This document shows positions 41,109 to 53,500 of a DNA stretch of 64,000 nucleotides, piece by piece (position 1 is the stretch's first letter; each line of letters starts with the position of its first letter). Under the pieces are notes generated by a model that saw nothing but the letters and a program-made list of their open reading frames with translations, searched no databases and was not told the DNA's origin. Source of the stretch: Antedon mediterranea (lineage: Eukaryota > Animalia > Echinodermata). The position numbers and the translations under genes were made by a program. The DNA is taken from positions 7,926,201 through 7,990,200 of the forward strand of contig NC_092670.1 in NCBI RefSeq assembly GCF_964355755.1, written 5' to 3'.

Positions 41109-44100
41109 TTGTTCAGATAGCAATTGCATTTTTATAACACTTTTCTTAACATTTTATTATACCATATTTTTCTATGTATTTTTCTAAATTTGTTAAATGT
41201 TGGTTTTATTGTATCGTTCAAGTTGACAGGGGCTGGTCAAGCACATCACAAGATGACAGTTTTATACTTTTTCTTTTATACTTATATGTTTGTTTTTTTG
41301 CTATGTAGAAAGATTGAAAATAAATACATAAATAATATATAGATACATTTAACAACTCTTTTACGATTCAATTTCTTTTGTTTACACTCCCGGCAATAAA
41401 TACATTAACAACATAATTACGTACAATGGAAATATGTAAAAATAATATTATATTAATCAACTTTAATTGATAAATAAATAATTATTTATCAAGAAAGAAC
41501 AATTATTTAAATCGTTACGTCAAAAAGTCGAGCGGAAAGAAGTATTTCTTGTTTTGCTATAACTTAACTTCAACTCAAAGTTTCCCCTACAATTTTTACT
41601 ACTATTTTTAAAATCAGATCTTAGTTCTAAATGATACATTTGTATTTGTAAACAAATATCATTCAATCTTTCCGATTAAAAGGATGATTAATGATTGATG
41701 ATTTATTTTTTTAATTAATATTTTAAAATTTGTTATGACTTGGGGGTATTTTTTGACTTGGTTCTTCCATATAGGTGACTCAGTAGTGGTAAATTGACAT
41801 GTAGTCATTTAGAAAGTTAAGTTCTTCTTCATTCAATAGACGAGTCTCGTTAATTGAGTTCCACTAAATCTTGTGGGTGTAACTAGCTGCTTCAACGATC
41901 ATTGGCCCTTCCAAAGCCAAGTAGCTCTACTGTCACCCGACCACTGACTTATTGTGTTATTGTTAAGTTAAATAAGCTATACTACATAATTATTATAATT
42001 AGGGTCTCCACACTTGACCTGACGTCATGCAAATCCCGGATTTACCAGACATTTGTTTTTGTTATGATGCAATAAGTTAGATAGTAAAACACCTTCCTAT
42101 ACAACTGACCAATGTCTTATCTTGCTGATTCCTGGAAATTCAATGACTAGACACAAAGGCATATTAATCAAACATATTTTCTTTTCATCATCATTTATTA
42201 TTGATATATTGTATTAGAAATGATTAAGCGCAATAGGCGTAATAGTTTATACAAAATGAGGTAATGATATTACCAGGGAGTTGTAAAATATTATTTATTT
42301 TACAACTCCCTGATATTACTACGTCAGACCGTTCTAAACCACCAAAGGTCCCAAATCCTTTTATTTTACTGTAGGTCATAAAAACAGCCGATAGTCTTAG
42401 TAGGCCTATTGTATCTAAACTCGGAAAACCATAGTTTCCGTAAAACATGTGCCTGCGTGTGGTTGTCCGACACGAGAGTTCCAGAGTTGGGACACAATCT
42501 ATCTTGTCTGCGTGGGAAGGATGGAGGAAAGATTACCGGTAGGCCTATTCAATTCCGGAAAATGTGGCGATTAAGTAGCGGGAAACGTGAGAGTATTCCC
42601 ACAAATGATTAACATTTACAAGCGGTACGAAAGAAAGTGACATCACATCCATCCATACATTCATCCATCATGTGTTAAATGTAACCTAAAAAATTAATTG
42701 AGGAAGAAGAAAACATGTGTTATACGGGGGCCAAGTCACAATGTTATATTACCTTTATTTAATTTTCTAGGCCTAGTTGTAGAGATTTTATCGACTTTTA
42801 TTTTTTTTATATTATATTTTTTTTAGTTTATGGTGATCAGTGTTACCAACAGTAAATTCATTCACTCTTCTAATACAGTAATGTTTTGTTTTCCGTTCTT
42901 TTTTTTTTATTTAGCCTACGTTTTCTTTTAATCTCTCTTAATGATTTTGTTTATTTATTTGTGTTATCATTTTTAAAGACTGGTTGATGAAGGTCTATGA
43001 TCAATTCATCGACCCATTCGTTTTTTATTTTCATTCATTTATTCGTTACCGTATAATAATATAACTCTTTCAGAAAAGGCCTGGCTGTAGATGGCGCAGT
43101 AATTGGTTTAGGATTATCAGACATCTTTTGATTTTTTTCCCAGAATATTAATGTTTAAATGTCGGATCCACGATCAGTATCTTAGGACGTCGTATATCCA
43201 GAATAAAGTTATACAGTAGACCCCCTTCCGAGACAAATTTTCTCTATTTTCTTTCTTAATAATAATCGGGGTGCTCTGTGAGGCACCCTGTCGATGGTTG
43301 AGAAATTGAAAGTGCAATCCATGTCAGCAGCGCATAAGCACACAACATGGATTATAAAGATGAAATCAAACTGTTCTTTTGCTATGTTAGTCCACATGTC
43401 GCCATATTTGGGAAAAATATTTCTCTTTTTGCAAATATTAATTCGAAATACAGTCTAGAACCTAGACAAATTGTCCTCCTCAATTGCTTTCTGTAATTTT
43501 GTACAACGTTTTTGTTTATTATCTGTGTAATGCTTTGTCTAAAGTTCTATCTATACACTATCAAACCACTTTGACAAAATAAGTGTGATGTATCCAAATA
43601 TGCCTATGGTAGTGATATGATGCCATATATGGACATTGTCACATAAAGTTAGACAGAACTAGATCAAGGTTTTTTTTTTTTGCTATGGATTATATTATGG
43701 TATTATGGTGAATTAAATATTTTTTAAAGATGTGGTTGTTGAAAATGCCAGTTTAATGGGATCATACCGTAATAGTTAAAAATTGAACAAAATAATATTT
43801 GCAAAAAATGTAATCAAGACAATGGTTATAATATTCTTTGTTTAAGTGAACTTTAGTCCTATTACAACTGCAAAATGGTCTATTCAATGTCTAATTTGAT
43901 TAATCTTCATTTTCAATGCTTTTGGAGGAATAAATCTTTAAAGTTAATTTATTTAAAATTAGTAATTTATTTTCCTCCTATCTCAGGATTTAAAGATTCG
44001 GATCAACATTTCGAGACATGAGTGCACAATACGGTAATTCACGCCGAAGGTATCACAAGATTACTAGGCCTAATGTCAGAACAAGAACAAGAGAGGCATA

Positions 44101-44485
44101 ATTGGTAGTAAGTTTGGGTTTAGTATTTTTTGTCGAGAACTTAACGTTTGTGTTGCCCTCCGCCTCCTCGGATCGGAAACTCATCCCATTGCCGGTACTA
44201 TGCCTTAAACTGATCGATTCACATCAAGGCCAAAATAACCAACATACAGTAGTAAAACATTTATTGATCATAATTTGTTTTGAATATCTGTTAATCGATT
44301 AAGTAGCTACTGTTTTGACTGTGAACCGACTACACATGCGTACTGACTGCAACTGTTACGTCACGTTTATATTTGTTTTGTTTATTTCAACATGTGGATT
44401 TGTGGACGTACGGAAGTACAAGTACAGACTAGGCCAGGCCAAAAAGTAGCCGTACGTGTTAACTCACTTGAAAGGTTACTAAATT

Positions 44486-44543
44486 ATGAATAATCAACCT
44501 AAAGATGCGACTTGTAGACAAAGGATGAATGTACCGTCAACTG
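44486..44543 (+). CDS. SOAT1: SOAT exon 1 ([19 protein letters not shown])
   Basis: ATG followed by G|GTAAGT donor in phase 1, in a CpG-retaining promoter-like region. Confidence 0.65.
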
Positions 44544-47500
44544 GTAAGTTATTGATTTACCATCCAACGATAGACAGAGCTCTGAAGCTAGCTGTATACT
44601 TAGCCGGCCTAAACTAAACCACACCACGCCAGCAGCTATTCTTGTCGGCCTTGCTTGTTTGTTTGGCCGGTATTCATGTCCTGTCCTGTGGGCCTAGAGG
44701 GTATATTTTGGTAATTATTTCACAGAAAACTGAAAGTAGTTTTAATACTACGATACAACAACACAATTCTCTTATTCTCATTAGGGCAAGCGGGCCTGCA
44801 TTATAATTTTTACTGAAACGTGATTCAGATTGTTATAATATATTATTAATTATTACCAGGCAGGGAAACGGAATGTATTACCCATGTAAAATGTCGCAAT
44901 TTTTATTCTGGTGTTGTAACAATACCCATTGTAATTTTAAACCATGTGTTACAACATATTCGGCAGACATCCTATTTGGAATTGCTGTATTCCAGAAGCA
45001 ATAATAAACCAATGTCATGGTCAAACTTATTTATTTATCTTATTTGGTCCTTTTTTCTATTTTATTTTCCAATGGTGGCACCAATGATGGACTATCCAAA
45101 ATAAACACAACAATCAAATATTACATCCTTTTCTATATTTATCATTGTTTTTCCTCCTTTATTTTTTAAAGTTTATTTATTTAGCAATGGTGTTGTCCAC
45201 AATGTTTTGTCAACCATTATTAATTATTAGGGACATCTCCCTGTAGAAGATGAACAAAGTTCCAGCACTTCTGATTGGTCAGATATATGTAATTATATGG
45301 TTGAATGCACAAAGATGACATAAGCAACAGTGAACTTCTTATCTGTATGTATAGATGCTGAATCACATGTGAACTTGAGAGTCCAAAGAATGGTATTTCT
45401 TCGAAAAAAATATTAGAAGTTATCATGTTATTCAAAATAAAACTTTTTCATTTGGTGGTTTTTCTTGGTGGTTTACTGATGTCATCCACAGATTAATAAA
45501 AAGTTCTAAAAGAAACCTGTTTGTTAAAATGGTTTATAAGATAATCTATATTTTCTTTTCTTGTTTTTTGCAAAGACCAACTGGTTGGCAAAAATATTGG
45601 TTTTTCTTTAACTTCTTCTCACTAAAAGTAAAATATGTTTGCCATAAATGTAACCAAAATGTTTCTCTAAAGTGGAAAAAAATTATTATTATTTTAAATA
45701 AACAGATTCTTTTTACTATGTAACATTTTCACTAAATTTACTATATAACATACAAAAATATATTAATTCAAAACAAAATTACAAGAAGTTAATTTAACCT
45801 TTTTTATTTCACTTTATGACATTTCATCATCACTTAATGATAGAGAGGTATAAGAGAGTTTACTGATCGACAAAAGATCTTACCAGAGATCTAAATCGGA
45901 TGATTTGGATCAGCTTGAATTCTAGAGCGTGTAAACACAGCCTGTCTATGAGATAGATAAACTAATTTAATAGCTTTGAGTGAGATTATGTAACACTAGG
46001 CTAAAGAAAACAATGATAACTTTATATACCAAATATGGTGCATCACTCTTTGCTTAAATCGCACGTTTAAATAAACCTTTTCATACGACCTGATATGAAC
46101 TATTACAAAATCTTTTAAATTGAAGATATCATTTCATATCAAACAACGTTTGACCTTTAGGGTCAAGTGACCAAATCAGAGAACTCCGACCTGTACCCAT
46201 TGTTTCTGGAAACATAGGGCTTCAAGCATTGAAAGGAATACCAGTCTCTCTCTGAATACAGCGTAATTGGACATTTTATTTAAAACAAGTGGTTTGTACC
46301 ATTCAATTTTGTACTGGTTTTTAAACAAAATGTTTTTTCGGTCATAAGCGATTTTCTTTTTGTGAAGGCAGAATCTTTGATTGATTATGTACTATACTTT
46401 AAATAGATACTATTTGATGGTTCAGAAGCTTGAAAGAAGCTTATTACTGTATTGTACTGATTCATAGAGAAAATGATATTGTATATGTATATTTTATAAC
46501 GACAATTACTGTACTGTATGTATTTCATAGACTCTAGACAAATTTACTGATAACCCTGTACTATTTCAAACATTTTAATGTATTACTGTATTACTGTATT
46601 TCATAGGGAAATTACTGTATATTGTACTGTATTTCATAGGGACAAATACTGTATATTGTAATGTATTTCATAGGGACAATTACTGTATATTGTACTTTAT
46701 TTCATAGGGACAATTACTGTATATTGTACTTTATTTCATAGACAGTTACTGTATTCTAATGCATTTCATAATGGAAATTACTGTATACAGTACTGTTCCA
46801 ATCCATAGAGACAGTCAATTACTGTATATTGTACTGTATTCATAGACAGTTACTGTATTCTAATGCATTTCATAATGGAAATTACTGTATACAGTACTGT
46901 TCCAATCCATAGAGACAGTCAATTACTCTATATTGTACTGTATTCATAGACAGTTACTGTATTCTAATGCATTTCATAATGGACAATTACTGTATACAGT
47001 ACTGTTCCAATCCATAGAGACAGTCAATTACTGTATATTGTACTGTATTCATAGACAGTTACTGTATTCTAATTCATTTCATAATGGACAATTACTGTAT
47101 GCAGTACTGTTCCAATCCATAGAGACAGTCAATTACTGTATATTGTACTGTATTGTACATAGACAATTACTATACATTTTTACGGTAATAATAGACAATT
47201 TCTGTATGGCATACATACTGTACTATCCAATAAAGACAATTGGTGTTACAGTATATTGTACAAGTTGGTACTGTACTGTACTCTATTTCCAAATAAATAT
47301 ACTGTACTCTGTTCTAACAGAATGAAATTAGGTCATTATAGAAGTTCAAACAATTGTCTTTATCAAATATCAAATACATGTGAGTTACATGCACTAGAAA
47401 TTACCCTTTTATATTTTGGACTATGGTAGCCATGTGCTTTATTTTTTAATTCTGTTTACCATTCTATATTTAAAATTCTAATTTTTTTTTTAATTGTTTC

Positions 47501-50500
47501 TTGAATATCGAAATAATTTAGCTTTCTGTTTTGTTTTAGATTCTGGAAGTTGGACTGAGGTTCGGTCTCCAGATTTAAAAATTGACGGTCGTGTTTCACC
47601 AGTTGATCCAGAAATGAGTAGACTAAAGTTACAAACACTCATTCAGGTACAGTAATTCTAAGTAGACAGTATACTTTACAATACAGTAACGACTCCTACA
47701 GTCGAAAAATGCAAAGGGGTCGCTACTGTATGAACAGTGTGATCGAAAGTGATCTCAAAGTTTACATAATAAAAACTTGGCATCCTCTTTTTTAAGTGAA
47801 AACAAATAACTGGTAGTCAGTGCTTTTCGTATTAAATGTGCCTGTCTATGAGGAATTAAATTGCTACACCCAAACTCGGCAGCCTATGGCTGAATGTTTC
47901 GAAAGAAAAAGAAACTCACTGGCAGTAGTCAGAGATTTTGGATTTTTCTCTATATGATAATTTTATAGCGAATTAAAAAAATTAAAAAAGTGAATAAATA
48001 AAAATTTATGTAGCTATACCATGGAATGCCCACTTTAAACCGACATAGGGAAATTGTTGCCTCATATTATATAATTTTTTATAACAATCTGAATTTTATG
48101 ACTTTTGGATGTGTTTTCTACTATTTTTACCTTCTTATTTTAAGTGTTTGTACTTGTTTTGCCCTGCATATGCTTGGTCCTTCAAGCTGTGATCTGGGAT
48201 GTTTGTTACACTCCAATGACTGAATTAATTTTATTTACTGTAGCTCCTCATTTATAGATGATACCATTTCTTTTTTAAATAAACTAACTGCAGTTTGTTA
48301 AAATGGAATACTTACAGAAGGTTTCGATCTCTAACTTTTCAGAGATCTTTATCACACTGGTCATTTTTTTAAAAATTCATTGACAGTCAAACAGTGCATT
48401 TGGATTACATGTTTGGATCGATTAATCAGTACTAGATTATTTATCGTCCAGCCGGACCGGATATGAGCATGTTTATACCAACTTATAGTAATAGCCTTTC
48501 TCAATAAAAAATGATTTTTGGTCAGAAATCTATGTAAATTGTTAGTTAGTTCATCTGTACTTTTCTAGCACTTCCGTTTAATTTGATTTTTTCATTTAAC
48601 TTAAAAGCATCTTATCTTATATTAATTTTGTGTTTACCTGTTTGTTGAGATTTTAATCACCATTAGTTAAAATCAGAAAATGATAATTTAACATTTTCTT
48701 AAACATCAAGAATTGTTGTTTGCTAAACTAAAACTACCATATATTTTAAATTTTATTTTTTAGTATTTTATTTTTATTTCTAATTGTATTTATTTTTATA
48801 TAATTATGTTTGTATTGAAATCTTTGTGATACAATATTACTATTACTAATTTCCCTTCTGCTACATTATATATCATCTATTTTTGTACCTGAAAAAAATA
48901 TCAAATAACATAAGGAAAAAATTATTTTTAAAAGCTTAAATTGAAATAATCTCTAGTCCTTTTTCTTTAACTGGAATAAAAGCATCTGACTATTGAAAAC
49001 AATTTTGTTTAAGAATACATGCACAGCAATATTTATGTTTTATTAAAAACCAATCCCTTAATAGGGGTTCTATTGTAAATGTGGAGCTGCAGCTTGGTGG
49101 TTAACATGCTTGCCTTCTAATCCCAACGTCCAGAGTTCAATCCTGACCTAATGCCAGGGTTGTAACTCACAAACTCTTTCAATTCCACTCCCTAAGCCTC
49201 AAATGAGACTTATTTTTTAATCTCGATAAATTTTAAAATAGTTTATCCATCCTGGAATTTCTCGCTGTTGGATGCCTATGAAGTATGAAATATATTATTT
49301 AAGATTTTGACAAATTTTAGTTTACTTTTTCTTTAATTTTAGAATATTAAATCTGATATAGTTCAAGAAGTTGATCATTTACTTGATGAAAAACTGGAAA
49401 GTATTCTGACTGAAACGGATGCCTTAACAATCCAGGAAGCTCACCCAGAAAATGCGTCTTCACACAGTAAATCAAGAGGAAGGTAAATAAAATCTGTTAT
49501 GCCAAAATGCCTGTTCAGACCTTGGCATTATGCTTTCGTATTTTATGCCTTGTACAACTCCATCTGCATTAGTGGAAACTACCATTTTTACATCATAAAC
49601 ACACAATATTTTTTTTTTATAACAATTCAGACTAACCCTGTTTTTCAATTGATAAGCTGCTTTTTTTTTTATCGTATCAGTCAAACTTAAAAATTACCTT
49701 ATTTATACCTTGTTTTCCTTGAACACATATTTTTTGGATTTTCGAATAAATCCTGCTGACTGATAATGGATACACAGGAAGGCTGCATTATTTGCACAGG
49801 TACATTTGTTCTCAACTTCCCAAAATAGAACAAGAATATGAGATTCATTTAGTTGGCGTACCTGGCAGTGCACCAATCGTTTGACCGTGAGGTTGATAGT
49901 TCGAATCCTGCAGTCAACTTTGGTTTAATAAGATTCATATGTACATAAAAGTCTATTTCCTACAGTAGTAAGAGCTGATTCAGCTGTTATTTTCAAGTTA
50001 TATTAAAACCATGTGGACCCAACATTCATCATGGTAGTACAGGTATAAACCCATGAGAAATGCTGGGGCTGTTTATCTCTAGTTTAAATTGTTTAATCCA
50101 ATGTATTATTTTAAACTATAACCAACAGCAAAAAAAATAAAACTAGTTAATAGAAAAGATAATTAAAACATACACACAAGCTCACTTTTATGCCCCAATT
50201 TGTTAATAAACATAAGATCAGGTAAAATATAGTAAAAAAGGGGATTCATTATACACATAATGCTGTAACGTAGCAGTGGAAAAAAGTTGATAGAATTAGG
50301 AAAGTTCCCTGATAGAATGTAATTTAATTTAAGTGAAACCTTGAAGCACTGGACATATAAAATTACCCCACTGATTTTTGGATCAATCACGCATGGAAAC
50401 ATACTCCCATAATGCAGCTAGTAATCAGCGTAAATTGTGTTTTGACCTTTACCAGGTACGTATTTGTACACCTGGGTGGAGAGAGGCAAACGTAAGTAAA

Positions 50501-53500
50501 TTTTTTTGGAAACAAACAATTCGCTGAAAATTGGTTTTCGAACGCACTACCATAGGCAAACGTCCAACATGCTGTACCCCGCACCCTCACAGGTTACAAC
50601 AAAATATATTGCATTAAAAGCTTTTTATTTTATATAATATCCAATGTGGAGAGAAAGTTGATGAAATGTTACATATGGTATGCACATTATTTTGTATAAT
50701 TTGTTTACCTATCTTTTTTTCAGGGACCCTTTGGCTGTGAAAGAGTTCAAAGTAAGAGAATCCATCCTGACGTAAGTAATTTATGGAAATTGTAATAATT
50801 TGTGAAGTGACTGATCTTTTGTTTTCTAGTATTATATCACAATATGATGTACCTTTCTTATCTCATATCCATTAGTAATTCTCCTGAGGGAAAAGTACTA
50901 TTGTTTGTTTAGTCCTTTTCATCTATTAATTATGTGTCTGTGAATAATTATTTTTGTAGGATCCTTTAAAGTGGATTTTTAAGTAATCATTCATCATTCA
51001 TTTTGGTCAAAATCAACTTCAATAACAATATAGAAAAAGTACAAGAAGATTGTGAGCAATACACTTGAAATGGATGTTAATGAAAGTAATAACCCTTAAT
51101 TAAAAACGTCCATTGAAATGCTGAAAAGCCGCCGTCTAAAAATGTTATTTTCAAACCTCTTTTCTGCTGTTTTGAATTAACAGATTACAATAATTTATTA
51201 TTGGGAAGAATTTTTCAATTAAAAATACTCAATTAGTTTTTAATGAAAAGACTGCAAGCAACATAAGGTTTTTTGTTTAATTATTAATTGTTGTTTTCTG
51301 ACAGATTTGTTGCTTACTATAAACTTAAATAATTTTGTGTCTTAGTATTTAGTGTAGTTCTGTGTAAAAATAACAATATACATTATTTTTATTTATTTTT
51401 TTTTATTTAATCGGTATAAAAAGACTCAAAATACAACTCATAGTTGAAATGAAGAGCTTACATAGGAAAATGATAATTCACATAAAAAAAAGTTTTTAAA
51501 GCATTATATATTCAAATAAAGTTTAAATGAAAACCTTCCTAGAATATTTTCACTTTAGAAAAGAAAACCACAATAATTTTTTACCAGAGACCCATTGAAT
51601 TCCAAACAAATCAGGTAAATAATTTTTTTTTATCCAATCTGTGGTCAAGATGAATAAAAATAACATAAAAATGGCTTATTTAACATTCTAAAACAATTTT
51701 AATTTTTTTTAGTGGGGATGGGAGAGTTGGGACGGACAGTCAATATATCATTATGGTCCAAACTTCAAATCTAAGCTAATTCTCAGTGACTATCTGTAGC
51801 AAACCCCTTGTTGTACTGTTATAACAGAATGACTCATGTTTTGTAGTGCCCATGTTAAATATAATTTCCGTTGCATCAAAACTAAACTAGAAACTTATCT
51901 TTCTATGCATAGTAAAAAAAATTGATATAAACAAAATGCACTTTCAAAGAAATCCAATACGATAATGGATTTACCAAACACTTTGTTCACTGCAACAAAA
52001 AAAAACTTTTCTATAAAAATGTTTAAAACAATTTTTATTTAACTGAATGTAGTCAATTACTAGTACTGTATCTACATTTGTCCAGGCACTTTCTGTGATA
52101 CAGCATCCCATGTGTTTCATATTTTACTCTCAACTTCCCATGGCACAGAACGATGAGTTATACTTGAGATGCTGTATTTCGGAATTTTCCTATGATACTG
52201 GTGTAATCTCATAATTTCAAGTTTCAATTTTGTTCCATGTTAATTTTTCCTTTTTCTCAAATAACTGCTTTATATTTGTTTTTGTTTTTATTGTTTCACA
52301 TACCTAATAAAACTAACATCCTGTTTAACAAGTTTATTATGTGTGTGGAAAAACAAATACGGTAAGCCAAAAAAGGGCTTTGGAGCTTCGTATCCATATT
52401 TCAAAGAACATTACATTATAAGTAAAGTGTTAACAAAACATTGAATAACAAAAAAGCAAAAAAAGGATATATTATACATATCTACCATTTTAGAAATTGT
52501 TTACCGTATATTGTACTATTATTTCTATTTCAAACTTCAAATAATGTGTACATTCTTTTTTTAAATATTTATATATTATCAGTTTGTATATTGTGTTTAT
52601 TACTCTATTTTATCCTGTAGCGTTTACACTGTAGAATGGAAATATAATATGATGATAAATGTGTATCTATTTTCAGATTTCAATGTTTTTTTTTCTTATT
52701 TTTTTGTCTAGAGATTTGTTTGCGGATAGGCACATTCAAACCATCTACAATATATTTGTGGCAATTATGATAGTTTTTAGTCTCAATACATTGGTATATG
52801 ACTTGTTAGTTCATGGCAGGTGAGGAAATGATAATTTGTTTTTGTTTTTATTTTATTTTTTTTGATTTGATGATTGTGGGTCACATGATGTTCAATAAAT
52901 ACTTCATTGAACTAATACATCATCAAGAGTGCATTTTTCGTTATATTTATGAGTGGATTTTCGTTATGTGCTTGTATATCCTTATGAAAATATAACTTTT
53001 TATCCTTTACCTTGTGAAAATATTTGTACTATTGCACTCATTAACATTCAGATACAGATAAACTTATTTTATCCATCACAGGAAATTTACATGGTCGCAG
53101 TTCAAAAATACATTATTGATGATATAAAAAATTAACTAACAATTTAAGTAAATGCATCAATTATCGTTATGACATCGTATCCCTGTAGGGATAAATGAAT
53201 TTCTATAGTGGTTCATACATGCCGACAATGACTTTCTATGTACTAGCTTCTCTCCAAGTCATTGGCGGTCATGTACAGGTGCATGACTCTATCCATTCTC
53301 AGAGGTAGTTTGTAAGATCATTAGGGAAACCACTTGGTCATTGATAAAAGAATTAGTGTTTCTTATCCTCTGATGTCTACACCAGAGTATGATATCCATA
53401 GTCTATTGCAAGATTTTTAGTATGCAACATTTAAAAAGATAATTATTTTTTATTGTTTTTGTTCAATATGCCATTTTAATGTCACATAATAGTTTTTCAC

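Noticed and set aside
40938-41129. (VKNSDCIK)n ORF
   Set aside because: By-product of a 24-bp AT-rich minisatellite; no splice or homology support.
46933-47325. 130-aa repetitive ORF
   Set aside because: Translation of an intronic minisatellite with a non-ATG start.
49082-49160. tRNA gene
   Set aside because: A/B-box-like motifs are present but I could not fold a convincing cloverleaf or acceptor stem; treated as a SINE head relic.
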